Part shown: piece by piece, positions 12,491 through 25,869 of the stretch | Layout: each line of letters begins with the position of its first letter | Numbering within the stretch: position 1 is the first letter of the stretch | Assembly: GCF_963921235.1 (NCBI RefSeq) | Contig: NC_086109.1 | Coordinates: 32,552,001-32,616,000, forward strand | DNA from: Mobula hypostoma | Taxonomy: Eukaryota | Direction: 5' to 3' | DNA length: 64,000 nt | Program-made: the position numbers and the translations under genes | Notes under the pieces: generated by a model | Database searches by the model: none | What the model was told of the DNA's origin: nothing | The model's input: only the letters and a program-made list of their open reading frames with translations

Positions 12491-15217
12491 AAGGATGTAG
12501 CAATATAGTTAAAAAAGTTGCTGACTGGTGTTTAAAATCAGCAAATAACAATCATCTTCAGAGTTGCAAGTCATCAAAATGAAAGAAATCAATACTGATT
12601 AGTGTGACTATTGAACACTTTTTGGATCTGAATATTTGTTCCTTGGGCTCGGTTCTAACAACATGACACAGCTTCAGAAGAACTCCTGCACACCAGATGC
12701 TTTAAATTCCCATTAGCTTTTCTGAGTATTTAGTGTCAATTTGTATAGGTATATTATATCCGATTATTGTGTTGCTATGGAATGGTGGCCAATTTATTGC
12801 AGTGATGTTTAAATGGGAGTGTATGAATTGTTTATGAAAAAAATTATGTTTTTACTTTGTTTTACCTTTGAACTATAAAGCATGATGTAATACTGCATGG
12901 TGAATAGAAAGCAATAGAAAGGCTGCATTTATTTTTCGTTGCTGGGAGCACAGAGAAAGGGGCCATGAATCATACCATATGGAGATAAGTTACAATCAAA
13001 GGACAATTAATGATCTTAACAACATTTTAATCCATTCACTTCATGCATAAATCAGAATCTTGGGTCGGAGACTTTGTTCATGAGAATTTTTTATTAATGT
13101 GACCACAACATGGTGGTGGTGGTGGTGGGGGTAGGGGGGTGAAGAAAGCAAGTTTTGGGCTGTGGCTCAGTCTTTATCAAGAATCACTACACATTTGCTG
13201 AGACAGACAAAGGTTCTATCCTTTCCATTTTTTAATAAACTTATGCACCTATAAATGCTATCTGGATATTATTACATCATAGCAGATCATAAAAACTGAA
13301 CACGTTTTATAGTAGCTTTATGAGAAAATCATACATAACATTTGACCCTTACAAATATCTCACTAAATGTTATGTTTGTAAGAATGCTTTCGCTTACCCC
13401 GGTAGCACTCTAAACTGGGCATTGGGCTGACTGCAGAGGCTTGCAACAGATCAGGATCTTCCTCAACACAGAATCTAGACAGACAATCTAATACTGTAAC
13501 AAGCGATTTGTGGTTGACGTTATGAATTAGTTGTAGAAGCTATTTCTCAGATGAGAAACTAAACCAAAGACCCATGTGGATAACAAAAATCACGGAAGAA
13601 CGTAAGACCTGGAAACAGTTAAAGTTCTCATGCCTAGTTCATCATTCAATCATGGCTGATCTATTACGAACTTTATCTTGCATTTTGAAATCTTGAAATA
13701 GTTCATAATCCCCTAAAAATCCAAAACTCCAAATTGAAGATAACCAGTCTAAGCAAAGAATTCCAAAGACTCATTACATTCTAAGTGAAGAAATTTCTCT
13801 TCTTAAAATTCCTGTGCAAAAATATTCATCTTTCCTCATTGTTTGCATATTATTTTAAATCTAGCTGCACAAAAAAAATTTGTTACCTTTTTTTTGGAAA
13901 GCTCTCCATAATTCAAAAATCCTGAATGGTCAACATTGCTCAGGTTATCGTAACCAGGGAAATCAAGACGTTTTGGAATTTTGTTTGATTCAATTAAATC
14001 TTTTCACGTTCTTCTAAACTCAAGAGAGCACAGGCGCATGGTAAAGGTCTCATGGACTAATTAAAAAAAGAAAGCAAGGCTATTTCCTCCAAATGTTGTG
14101 TTGAACATTTGGTGACCAATTTCATGATCATGATTATTACATGTCCCTACTGCCTGCCATAGGGAAAGTCACTCTGCAGGAACCCTCAACTGGCTCCTCC
14201 CATTGTTTGAGGCAGTTCTTCCAGAATCACATGAGTATTCCACAATGAGAGATTATGGAGTGGACAAACCAGACCATAAACCAACCCACCTTGTTGAGCA
14301 CTAACTGTTCCAACTGAGGCAGCTTCTATATTTTCGGCCACTTCAGAACCCACACTAGAGGGTCTGCTAAAAATTAATTTACTTAGAAATTGATTGTACC
14401 CATTAATTGTAGAATTATGGAAAAACTATACCACAGTACAAATTTAAATCAATACAAAATAAGCTGTCCAATTCAATCCTAATTTCCAACACGAGGTCCC
14501 CATGCAAGTTCTTTCAGTACACATTCAGGTTCTTTTCGAAACAAGATAATGTTTTATGACTCTACTATTATACTTAGAAAGGTGAGGATTTGGGATGTGG
14601 AAAAAAATTATGTCAGAAAAGGGTTTACAAACTTGCAGATAATTAATTGGGAAAGTTTCATCATATTACATATTTGTAGTACAGATTAAGACCATTTCAG
14701 ATCAGATTTAAAACAGAAGATCAGATGCTGGTATCAGAGAGAAATAATCAATTCCATTGCTTCTGGAAAAAAATATAGCTGCAGGATATATAGATTCAAA
14801 TAACATTCTTGAAATGCCAATGAAAAATATTATCACTATTAAAATTTGAAATCGATTTTCTCTGCAAGAGTAGCTTTTATTGTTTGAAAGCAGCATATTT
14901 CTGTCCAAAATGATAATGCTCAACATGCAGTTGATAATTCCCAAGAACATATACTTCAGATCCAATATAAAGGAAAGAACAAGAAGCATGAATGAGGCAA
15001 CATTCAGAAAATCATTATTTTAGCTTCCAGTGACCATTGCAGTCATTGTACTCCCAGTAACTGACCACTTTAAGGCAGATCAGGCAGAGTTCTTTTTGCT
15101 ACAATGTCAGTTACAGATTCCGCTGGACAATTTAACCAAAAACACAAAAAGTTATATTTTCTGCAGGTTTCCCTCTTTAAAAACATTACAGTACTAGATT
15201 CTCAATACAGCATTAAC

Positions 15218-15223
15218 TTTATT
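15218..15223 (-). terminator. Candidate polyadenylation signal of TMEM167B
   Basis: AATAAA on minus strand ~520 nt after the stop with a G/T-rich stretch downstream; another candidate at 14876-14881. Confidence 0.3.
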
Positions 15224-15743
15224 ATTAACCTATAATACACATCATTTTAGGAAGACAGATGCAGTCAACTCGACCAAGGTACAACAATCTCAATATCTTA
15301 GCCAAAGGAAGTCAAAACAGACTTTCAATTAAATATGGACACTTGGTATTAAATCTAGAAACCAAAATAATTCAGATGGTTCAATTAAAAATTTAACAAG
15401 GTTACCAAACAACATAAAGACTAGCTTTAAAACTGGAATAATCAAACATCCTTTTAATTAGCTGATGTATCCTTCATGACATTTTTAAGTGAGACAAGTT
15501 GTTATGTGTGCATACACTACGAAATTCAGGGTCAGATTTAATATAGGCCATGTACATACACCAGCACTTAACTCCATTGGCCAGTATTTCTTCCAAGCAC
15601 CTCCAGGACAGTTCATGAGAGTAGTGATGAGGTGTTCAGTTCTTCTATAGAAAGAAAACATCTTCTGATCTTAATCCTCGTTGAGTGATCTTGCAAAATA
15701 TATCGTTCCATTCAGAGTCAAGGTCAACTTTGGACTGCTGGTG

Positions 15744-15826
15744 TTATTTAATAAACAGAACATAAACACCTGTGACAAGGCAAGAGAGTGCAACTGGTAC
15801 ATGAAGCCTTGTTCCTATTACTGCAG
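15744..15826 (-). CDS. TMEM167B: TMEM167B coding exon 3 with stop
   Basis: tttcgttacag|CT GCA GTA ATA GGA ... AAA TAA; (A)AVIGTRLHVPVALSCLVTGVYVLFIK*; total CDS 10+132+83=225 nt = 74 aa + stop. Confidence 0.96.
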
Positions 15827-16407
15827 CTGTAACGAAACATAGATTAATTTAGTAATTCATGCAATGATACAAACTATTTTGTTTATATGCTGTTTACAAG
15901 CATGCAAATTTGAACAAACTACAATCACGTTCAGGAATATCTCAAAACCCATGTCCTATTGATGACTAGAACTTGATGTCCATGATATACCCACATTGCT
16001 GAGTTTGGGAGAAGTTTTAGTCTTTTATGATTGAGTAGCAGTTCATAAATTAACTTTGCCCATGGGTCTAAAGAATTGTGCAGAGTAATACTAGTCAAAG
16101 TTATCTGCTCTTTTTTCTTGATTGAGAACAATAGATGGCCTGAAGTCAGCAAAATCATAATATTGATGAAACAAAGAATAAATCAAATCCCCATCATTTC
16201 ACTTAATCATTTAAAAATAAATTCTTCCTTCATTCAAAAGAAATGAAATAGAACTACAGTAAATATATCTAATATTCAATACAGACTTTCGCAAAAATGT
16301 TACTCAAAAACTTGCTTTATCATTTTTCTCTAAGGATAATACTCATTCTATATTTTTACTAACATGATATACCTATACGATCAAATTTGGTACACAAGTC
16401 AATTTAC

Positions 16408-16539
16408 CTTTGTAAAATACACCCCACACCCCTTTCTTTTCAGAAAGTAACCATTTATTCAGACGTGGAACTTTCTTTAAATATGCACAAGTGCATATAA
16501 AAAGCAAGCCAAAAACCAGGAGCCCGTCGAAAGAATATA
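16408..16539 (-). CDS. TMEM167B: TMEM167B coding exon 2 (132 nt)
   Basis: ctcttgtgttttacag| ... AAAG|gtaaat; translates (V)[43 protein letters not shown], recognisable kish-B sequence. Confidence 0.97.
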
Positions 16540-17584
16540 CTGTAAAACACAAGAGGGTTAGTTAAAAATGAAGAATCATGCACTGCACAAGAGTATGACA
16601 GACATTTGAGTGAATTATACTAAGAATTCTCATATACAAGCAGACTGTCTACGTATTACACCACTTAACAGTGCCAAGAAAATACAAAGCCCACAGAAAA
16701 TACTGTTAATCTTCTATTAATATTGTTGACTTATCATATGCCACAAACAGCACAAGGGTAGCCCATACTGCAGAAAAATAATCGATTTAAACTTAACAGG
16801 TGACATTGCTCCAAACTTCAGTGGAATGAAAATTGCAAATAAATGTGACAATTCATTAAGAACACAAATGATGGCAATGGAATATTTAACACATTCAAAG
16901 AAAGAATCTAGGAAGAAAAAAAAATCTTGGATTTACAATTAGATTTTTTGGTGTTTAAAAAGAAAACTTTGCTTTCAGTTTCATTTTTCTGTGATTTATG
17001 GGGAACAACTGCATGGTTTAAAAAATTAATGTGAATGTCAAACTTCCTTGTTCAGAAAATTTTTATAAAATTTGGCTTTAGTTTCCCATAATGGCCCAAG
17101 GAATATACAGGATATTGGAATAATTTGACATAATAATCCAACAAGCTGAAGATATTATCCATTATGTGTTGAAAAATTATTTTTAAGAAGATCAAATGAT
17201 CAGACATGCTGGTCTGCATCATTTTTGTAGGTTTCAGAGGATTACCAAGCAATTTGGTGAATCTGTCTATGATTGTTTGGCTGACGTAATGTATGCAGGT
17301 GACCACCACGTTACTGGGGAGAGGGTGGGTGAGGATTGCATTGTGTTCTTATTTCTCTGCAAATGAATGCAGAAATTTGTCTTTTTCCATTTGTTGTATA
17401 CAGTAACAGCATGCAAACCAGGATACTAACAACAGAATAAAACCCAGTGAAAATTGGTAATGAACAAGGCTCTACTTTGCACCAGTGTTTTTCTCAACAA
17501 TTTCTCATTGTGGTGCAGCCCCTCCCTGCCAACAAACATCTGGCAGAAAAAGAACTAATCATCAGAATCGGGACTATTATCGCT

Positions 17585-18677
17585 AACATATATAATGAAA
17601 TGTTTTTGTTTTTGAGACAGCAGTACAGTGCAAGACATAATAAATTACTCTGTTATAATAATGAAAATAATAAAATAGTGAATAAAGAGGAATAATGAGG
17701 TAGTCTTCATCGGTTAATGGAGCATTCACAAAAATTAAGGTAGGAGAGTGTAAGCTGTTCCTAAAACATGTGTGCATCTTAGACTGATCTTAGCTGGATC
17801 TTTGACGTCCTCACCGGAGACCACAATCTATGTGGATTGGAAATAACATCTCCTCCTCCTGTCAACACTGGTGCACCTGAAGGATGTGTGATTAGCACAC
17901 TGTTCTACTCTCTCCTCACCCACAATTGTGTGGCTAGGCACAGCTTAAGCGCCATCTATAAACTTGCTCATGACACAACTATTGTTGACAGAATTTAAGA
18001 TGATGACAAGGAGATGTTCGGAATGAGACGGATGATGTCGCAGCAACAGCCTTGCACTCAATCTCAATAAGACCATAGAACTGATTATGGACTTCAGGAA
18101 AGGGAAATCAAGGGAACACACACCAATCCTCGTCGACAGATCTGAAGTGGCAAGAGAGAGCAGTTACAAGTTCCTGGGTGTCAACGTCTCTTAAGATCTA
18201 CCCTGGGCTCAAAATATTATGCATTTACAAAGAAAGCATGCCAGCAGCCATATTTCATTAGGAGTTTGAGGAGAATTGGTGTATCAACAAAGACACTCCC
18301 AAATTTCTAAAGATGTACCGTGGAGAACATTCTAAATGGTTGCATCACACTCTGGCAAGGGAGGGGCACTGCACAGGATTGGAAAAACCTGCAGAAAGAT
18401 GTAAACTCAGCCAGGTTTATCTTGGGTAATAACCTTCCCAGCATCTAGGACACCTTCGAAAGGGAATGCCTCAAAAAGGTGGCATCCCACATTAAGGACC
18501 CTCATAACCCAGGACATCCGCTCTTCTGATTGCTACCATCAAGGTGGAGGTGCAGGAGCCTGAAGGTACACACTCAATGTTTCAGGAACAGCTTCTTCCC
18601 TTCCACCATGAGATTTCAGAATGGACAATGAACCCATGAACACCACCTCACTATTTCTGCACTACTTATTTAATTTT

Positions 18678-18720
<43 letters not shown>

Positions 18721-18815
18721 CTATTGTAATTTATAGTTATTGCAATGTACTGCTGCCACAAAGCAACAAAGTTTATGAAAAATGCTAGTGATATTAAATC
18801 TGATTCTGATTCTAG
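17585..18815. mobile_element. Rex/Babar-like fragments in TMEM167B intron 1 (17585-17775 minus; 17790-18815 plus, with (TA)n at 18680-18718)
   Basis: NTGAPEGCVISTLFYSL, LIMDFRK, IKDPHNPGH motifs; ATTCTG tail. Confidence 0.8.
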
Positions 18816-19844
18816 TGTAGACTAAAAAGTTGATACAACAATGTGGGCCAAAGGGCCCGTACTATGCTATACAGTTCTATGTAGCTGTGACATATGCGCA
18901 TGCGTCAAGAGATGTGATATGAAAAGAAGTATTTGTTTACTTTCTTTCCCCACATAAATTCTGCTGCAGCAAATCTTATTCCAAATCTCAAATTTTGGGT
19001 GTTCGCAAATGGTATGTTTAATGGTCATAACTCAAATGTATATCACAGCACTAGAAAGTGTTGAACATAAAGTAGCAGCATTGCATTCAGAATTAATTAT
19101 TATAGCAAAATGCACTGTTAAGCAAAAGTTTATTATAGTTATATTTAAGTACATATTTATGTTCTTGGTTATTTAGTAGTTTATCTTGCCAAGTACTATC
19201 TTGGGAGATGCTGGCAGAACAAAAATCTGATGAGGTGTTGAATTATATATTTTTTTAAAAATAGTGCATTAAATGTAATACACTGGCTCCCATCTATTCT
19301 CAGGATTCCAGATTGCAGGCTGAAATCCTGCCCTCCGCTCAATCACAAGATATTCCGGATAGACATGCTGTGGGTAATAAAATGAATGGGAAAAAATAAT
19401 TTTGGTACTCATAAACATTCAATGTAATGGTAGCTCTGACTGCTTCCAAACATGGGGGTAGGGCAGCAGTTAAAGCCGTTCTACCGGACAGAAACTAAAC
19501 ACATGTTCAGAAAGGCTCAGCATAGTACACGGCTATCCAATCAGCTACGTGCTGGCACTCTGGTCTATGACAATGCACTATTAAAGCTGGACTGTCTTTT
19601 AAAAAGTCATGTCTACCATTATGTTTAATTGGTGGGCCAGCAACTTCTAGCACCTAAGCATGTAGATATAGCATACTAACAAAAGTTCAGTGTAGTATTT
19701 TTCAATACCACATGATACTTTCAGTTGTTGTATGAGAAAATACAGAGCATATTAATAGTGACACAAGTGATATTTATATGGTAGTCAAGGAAGAAAAATA
19801 CAGAAAATCTCAAATGAATCCACAGCTGGCAAGTAGTATTTAAT

Positions 19845-20185
19845 CAGAATCAGGTTAAGTATCACTGGCATATTTTGTGAAACTTGTTAAATTTGTGGCA
19901 GCAGTACAATGCAATACATGATAAATATAGAAAAAAACTGAGTTACAGTAAGTATATGTCTATTAAGTACTTAAAATAAGTAGTGCAAAATAAAAAAATA
20001 AAAAAGTAGTGAGGTAGTATTCGTGGGTTCAATATTCATTCAGAAATTGGATGGCAGAGGGAAAGAAGCTGATCCTGAAATGCTGAGTGTGTGCCTTCAA
20101 GCTTCTGTACCCCCTTCCTGATGGTAACAATGAGAAGAGGGCATGGCCTGGGTGATGGGGGTCCTTAATGATGAATGCTACCTTT
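19845..20185 (-). mobile_element. Rex/Babar-like LINE 3' fragment
   Basis: IIKDPHHPGHALFSLLPSGRGYRSLKAHTQHFRISFFPSAIQFLN. Confidence 0.85.
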
Positions 20186-20344
20186 CTTACCTTCTTTGTA
20201 GCTGCATATGTTAGTAATTTATGTAAATGTAACTGCATGTGTGGACATGACCGAAGTGCAAAAGACACCCAAGATACAGTATACAACTACAGACATTGTT
20301 CTAAACAGCCTTGATCAGTGCCAAGAAACAAAATAAATGACTGT

Positions 20345-21052
20345 TACTAAAGGGGATTCTGAGGGATAAGATATATGTACATCTGGAAGGCTAGGAGTTT
20401 ATTAGTGGTAGATAGTATGGCTTTGGGAGAGCGCGTCTTAAGGACTTGATGAGGTGAAGAAAAAGCTTGATGAGGGCAGGGTGATAGATGGTTCATATGG
20501 ATTTCAGTAAGGCATTTAAGGTTCCACATGGTTGGCTGTTCCGGAAGGCTAAATCACATAGAATCCAGGGAAAATTGGCTAACTGGATACACAATTGGGT
20601 TAACAGTAGAAAGGAGAGGGTGATGGTAGAAGACTATTTTTTGGACTGGAGACCTGTGCCCCAGGGCCCATTGTTGTTTGTCATCCATATCAATGATTTG
20701 GATGAGAATGTACAGGGTATAGTTAGACAGGTACAAAGATAGGAAAGGTTTAGAACAGGGGTCGGCAACCTTTTTGCCTCTGTGAGCTGGATAGCTTATT
20801 AATGAGCAGATGGTGGGTCAGATAAATGCCATAAAAAACTTGAAATATGGGAATTATCTATTTAAATACATCTAGTTATGTTTTGCCTCAAATTAATGAA
20901 TAATGCATACTAGAAAATCATTTGTGCTTAAGGTTGCCTACCCCTGGTTTAGAAAGTTATGGGCCAAATGCTGGAAAATGGTGCTAACTTGGATGGGGCA
21001 TCTTGATCAGCATGGGCCAGTGGGCATGTTTTGTGCTACGTGATTCTATGAC
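20345..21052 (+). mobile_element. Deleted CR1 fragment hosting a hAT MITE
   Basis: MDFSKAFKVPH...INDLDE RT motifs; 3' UTR resumes after the MITE. Confidence 0.8.
20756..20946. mobile_element. hAT (Charlie-like) MITE, 191 bp
   Basis: TIRs CAGGGGTCGGCAACCT / AGGTTGCCTACCCCTG; perfect 8-bp TSD GTTTAGAA (20748-20755, 20947-20954). Confidence 0.92.
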
Positions 21053-21209
21053 TCCAAATGAACATGCATTGCCCAGAACAATGGTATATAAATAAAATAT
21101 TTCTATAATGATTTGCTGTGGTTCCATTTGGTCCTCTTAAAATAGTGGGTGATGTAAAGGCCCTTAGAATGTACTAGTAATTTGACCGTAACTTTATAGA
21201 TTCCTGAAT

Positions 21210-21421
21210 AGTCCCCGTTGCTGCCTGTAAGGAGTTTGTACATTCTCCCTGTGACCATTTGGGTTGCCTTCAGTTTCCTCCTAAAGATGTACCATTTGGT
21301 AGGTTAATTAGATGCTACAAGTTGTCCCATTATTAGGCTAGGCTTAAATTGGGGGATTACTGGGCAGCAAGTCTCGAAGGGCTGGAAGGCCCTATTCTGC
21401 TGTGTATTTCCATAAATAAAT
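21210..21421 (+). mobile_element. V-SINE/HE1-like SINE fragment
   Basis: Similar to 12238-12490; (TAAA)n tail. Confidence 0.65.
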
Positions 21422-22012
21422 AATTTGAAAATGGGCTTTGTGAACTTGTTCGAAGAATTGCACTAGACAATGAAAGAACAAAGAAATTATATGTGCAGAT
21501 CATTAATGAATTATAAAAATAATCTTTCTGTCCCAGAAATAAAACCCACAAGGGCAAAAAAATTATGTATTTGTCACTATATATTTGGACTGCTTGAGGA
21601 GCATTAATGTCTCTGTCCCTGGACTCAATGGAGTTCAGAAGGAGGAGGGACATCTCATTGAAATCTACTGAAAAACCTAGATGTGGAAAGGAGGTTTCCT
21701 TTATCGGGCAGGATTGAACGGCAGAGAGATTCAATGGGCCAAATTGACCAATTCTGATCTATATATAATGCTCATATTTTGGTTAATACAAATCACTTTT
21801 CTTTAAACATTCCTTCTATGACCAACACAAAATACCATGGCCTATACTTAGTGTTCAGAGTAGTACTGACAGTAATGGTCAGCACAAAACCAACAATAGC
21901 ATTAAAGTTATCTATGGTATTTTTTTTTAATAAAACGCCACATTTCTTGAGGGAATTATGAATTTAATGAATCCAACCACAACAGCAAGTCAATTCAGTG
22001 CAGCTTGATCTT

Positions 22013-22301
22013 TATAGGCATCCGTTAGTCTCATGAGACCATGGATTTGCGCCTTGGAAGGTTTCCAGGGCACAGGCCTGGGCAAGGTTGTATGGAAGAC
22101 AGGCAGTTGCCCATGCTGCAAGTCTCCCCTCTCCACGGCACCAATGTTGTCCAAGGGAAGGGCATTAGGGCCGATACAGCTTGGCATATATATGGTAAAG
22201 TGCCTTGCTCAAGGACACAACACACTGCCTCAGCGAAAGCTCGAACTAGTGGCCTTCAAATCACTAGACGAACACCTTAACCACTTGGTCATGCGCCAAC
22301 A
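22013..22301 (-). mobile_element. tRNA-derived SINE
   Basis: Minus-strand head with A box (TGACCAAGTGG) and B box (GTTCGAGC), followed by gtgtccttgagcaaggcac core-like segment. Confidence 0.7.
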
Positions 22302-22599
22302 CTTGATCTAATAAGCAGGAAATGGAACACAAATACTCTTCTGATATAATCCCTAATAAGGTGCTTGATTGGCACTTACACAATGGTTACACCTTAAAGG
22401 ATATCACAGGGGGTAAAATCAATGAAAAGAGTTTAAAGTGCCAGTTTTTTTGTAGACTTACAAATTTGGATTTTATAGAGCTTAACTAATTGCTAATAAA
22501 AAAAGGTTTTCTAAATACACATCAAGCAGTTTTTTCCTGATGGTAGGATGGGAAAGTGGATTGATATTTAAACCCGCCTTCCCAGCAATCTGGGCTACC

Positions 22600-23150
22600 A
22601 TTGGCAAAAGAGAGCCAAGTTGAGAGGCAAGCCGCTCGTCTATTCGGCGACAGGGCCGCCACTCAGCCTACGCCACCACACACTCTTCCGCAATCAACTT
22701 CGGTTTACCATGCAACTCAGGCCAAAGCTAAAAGCCCAAGGCGGGAGGGGACGGTTCCTGTCGGGCGGCGGGTCCGTAGCAGAAGGAGGAATATCGGCGG
22801 CGGCTCAACTTGTAGCCCCGACCGTCCGCTTCCCGCGAAGGGGCCTAACTCTCTGTCGGGTGGCCACGTCCTCAGTCCCCCAGCTGGCCGACGCCTCACG
22901 GCAGCCACCTCAACCCCAGGCCAGGGGGACTGATAGGGGGTGAAGGGAGCGGAATTACCGTTGGTCATGCTGACAGTCCAGCCCGCCTCCGCGCACTCTC
23001 TTCTCGCCCTTTTATCACGCACTCATGATCCGGCTTGTTCCTCGGCTAGTCCGGAGTAAATACACAGGGAGAAGTAATCAAACCCGTCCACCAGGCTGCA
23101 TCGATCCTGCGACGCTCGCTTATTCTGCGAAGGATTGCGCTTGTCTTTTA
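22600..23150. promoter_or_regulatory. CpG island / promoter of TMEM167B (possibly shared with the divergent FAM107-like gene)
   Basis: The only extended GC- and CpG-rich non-TE segment in the window; contains TMEM167B exon 1 and GC-box-like GGGCGG/CCGCC motifs. Confidence 0.85.
22959..22968 (-). CDS. TMEM167B: TMEM167B (protein kish-B) coding exon 1 (MTN + phase 1)
   Basis: Minus strand agcATG ACC AAC G|gtaatt: Kozak A at -3 and a GT donor, inside the CpG island; joins in frame to exon 2 to give MTNVYSFDG. Confidence 0.93.
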
Positions 23151-23219
23151 GAGATAATTAAAATACTGAACCAGGTTCAATGGAGGAGTTGCAAAAACTT
23201 TTAAACACAACAGAATGGG

Positions 23220-24780
23220 ATGTCTCTTTAAAAATGAGATGCACAGTTTCTTCAGTAAGAGTGCGATGAATCTGTGGAATTGTTGCTGTGGAGTGTTGTC
23301 GAGTATTTGAGGCAGAGATTGATAGTTCCTTGATATATGGGATGTTGAAGGTTATGGAGAGAAAGTGGGTGAATGGGGTTGATAAAAAGTTAGCCGTAGA
23401 TTGAATGATGAAACAGACACATAAGCCAAATGTCCTAGTTCCGATCCATTCCTTAACGTCTGTTCTGTTTTCTATTTGTGTCTTTTGCTTTGTTCTGTTT
23501 TGATTCTGGTAAATGTATAAGCACTTAATAAATTGAGTGGGAAAGGCAAAATGTGCAGAAGATATGGAGAGTCTGCAGAGAGATATAGATAGGTTAAGTG
23601 AGTGGACAAGGTTTCTGGGAGATGGAGTACAATGTTGGTAAATGCCAGGTCGTCCAATTTGAAAGGAAAAATGAAAGTGCAGATTATTATTTAAATGGTA
23701 AAAATTGCAACATGCTTTTGTGCAGAAGGACTTGGGAGTGCTTGTGCATGAATCTCAAAAGGTTGGTTTGCAGGTGCAGCAGGCTATCAAGGCAAATGGA
23801 ATGTTGGCCTTCATTGCTAAACGAATTAAATTTAAGAGCAGAGAGGTTATGCTGCAACTGTACAGGGTACTGGTGAGGCTACACCTGGTGTACTACGTGC
23901 AGTTCTGGTCTCCTCACTTGAGAAAGGATATACTGGCTTTGGAGGCAGTGCAGAGGAGGTTCACCAGGTTGATTCCAGAGATGAAGGGGTTAGACTGTGA
24001 GGAGAGATTGAGTCACCTGGGACTGTACTCACTGGAATTCAGAAGAATGAGAGGAGATCTTATAGAAACATATAAGATTATGAAAGGGATAGATAAGGTA
24101 AGGGCAGGAAAGTTGATTCCACTGGTAGGTGAGACTAGAACTGGGGGACATAAGATTCAGGGAGAGTAGATTTAGGATGGAGATGAAGAGAAACTGCTTT
24201 ACCCAAAGAGTAGTGATTATGTGGAATTCTCTGCCCAATGCAGCAATGGAGGCTACCTCAGTTAGTATATTTAAAACAAGGTTGGATAGATTTTTGCACA
24301 GTAGGGAATTTAAGGGTTATGAGGAAAAGGAAGGTAGGTGGAGATGAGTCTATGGCCAGATCAGCCAGGATCTTATTGAATGGCAGAGCAAGCTCGATGG
24401 GCCAGATGGCCTACTCCTGCTCCTATTTCTTGTGTTAACTTCTGGAAAAGATTATTAGATTGAGCAGCATAGAATTATGAAAGGGAAGCTATCTTTGGTT
24501 AATCTAGTAAGTTATTTGAGGATGGTACAAGTAGAATAGATAAGAGGAAACCAGTAGATGTGTATATAGATTCTTGATAAGATCCCATGAAAAAGGCTCT
24601 TCTATAAGGATAATGCATGGGTTGGATGTGATCTACTGCATGGATTGAGAATTGTCTAACAGACAGAAAACAGTGAGTATAAGGGAGTCTCTCTTAGGCT
24701 GGCAGAATAATGGGGTATCACAGAAATCAGGGCATGGAGTCAGGTTATTCAATTTCTGTATCAACAATTTTGGCTGAGTA
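23220..24780 (+). mobile_element. CR1 fragments (main copy ~23527-24436)
   Basis: QKDLGVLV...LYRVLVRLHL..VQFWSPHLRKDI...RGDLIETYKI; 3' hairpin/tail; older flanking CR1 pieces. Confidence 0.88.
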
Positions 24781-24799
24781 GAACAAATCACATATTTTG

Positions 24800-25421
24800 T
24801 ACAGGCTGGGAGAACATTTCGCTGAACACCTACACTCTGTCTGCCAGTGAAAGCAGGATCTCCCAGTGGCCACACATTTTAATTTCACGTCCCATTCCCA
24901 TTCTGATATGTCTATCCATGGCCTCCTCTACTGTAAAGATGAAGCCACACTCAGGTTGGAGGAATAACACCTTTTAATCCATCTGGGTAGCCTCCAACCT
25001 GATGGCATGAACATTGACTTATCTAGCTTCGGTTAATGCCTGTCCTCCCCTTCTTACCTCATTCCTTCTTTATTTATTTTTTTCCCTTTTCTCTCTCTTT
25101 CTCTTTTCTCCCTCTGTCCCTCTCACTATAACTCCTTGCCTGCTCTCCATCTTCCTCTGGGCTCCCCTCCCCTAGGCTTCCCGTCCCATGATCTTCTCCC
25201 TTCTCCAGCCTCATATCCCTTTTGCCAATCAACTTTCCAGCTCTTAGCTCCGTCACTCCCCCTCCTGTCTTCTCCTATCATTTTGGATCTCCCCCTCCCA
25301 CTTTCAACTCTCTTACTATCTCTTCTTTCAGTTAGTCCTGACGAAGGGTCTCGGCCTGAAACTGTACCTCTTCCAGAAGATGCTGCCTGGCCTGCTGCAT
25401 TCACCAGCATTTTGTGTGTGT
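24800..25421 (+). mobile_element. Penelope-like element 3' part (GIY-YIG end + pLTR)
   Basis: Highly similar to 40130-40740; hammerhead motif at 25334-25361 has lost its cleavage site. Confidence 0.85.
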
Positions 25422-25869
25422 TACATATTTTGTTGATGGGATAAAGCCAGGTGCTCACCAACCCAACAGCAACCCCAGAGTGACTACCATGATCAGAACA
25501 ATAGCAGGAGCTGAGGAAATTGACTCACCTTTTCGAGGATAATTAGTAATGAACAATATATTTGCATTGTAAGCCCACATGTGAAATAAAAAGAATGAAA
25601 CAGAAAAATTGAAAGGAATTGCTGGAAAAGAGGAAGCAGATAGAGCTGAATGAACTACATGGCTAAAACAAAGCTCTGGGACAAGTACAGGAGGATGGAT
25701 AACTTCAATCTATGCTGTGAAGTGTAACTGTATGTATAAATCAGTGAATCATTTTGCTCATGTTTAATATTAATTGTTCTGCTGTTCTCTGATTTCACAG
25801 CCTTGAGTTAATTCTTAGTAACTATGTACCTGTTTTATAAAAAGTAAAAAAAAGCAATATTTATTTTTG

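Noticed and set aside
13547..13645. Minus-strand box C/D-like pair (ATGATGA...CTGA)
   Set aside because: No terminal stem, no recognisable guide, and it overlaps a degenerate CR1-like 3' end
17428..19367. Exon-like segments in TMEM167B intron 1 (17428-17539 and ~19282-19367)
   Set aside because: Good acceptors but in-frame stops after MTN and weak donors; the 74-aa protein is complete without them
22215..22301. tRNA-like A/B boxes
   Set aside because: SINE head continuing into a SINE body; no convincing cloverleaf
22601..23022. 100-110 aa ORFs across the CpG island
   Set aside because: By-product of high GC; only the 10-nt MTN exon is supported
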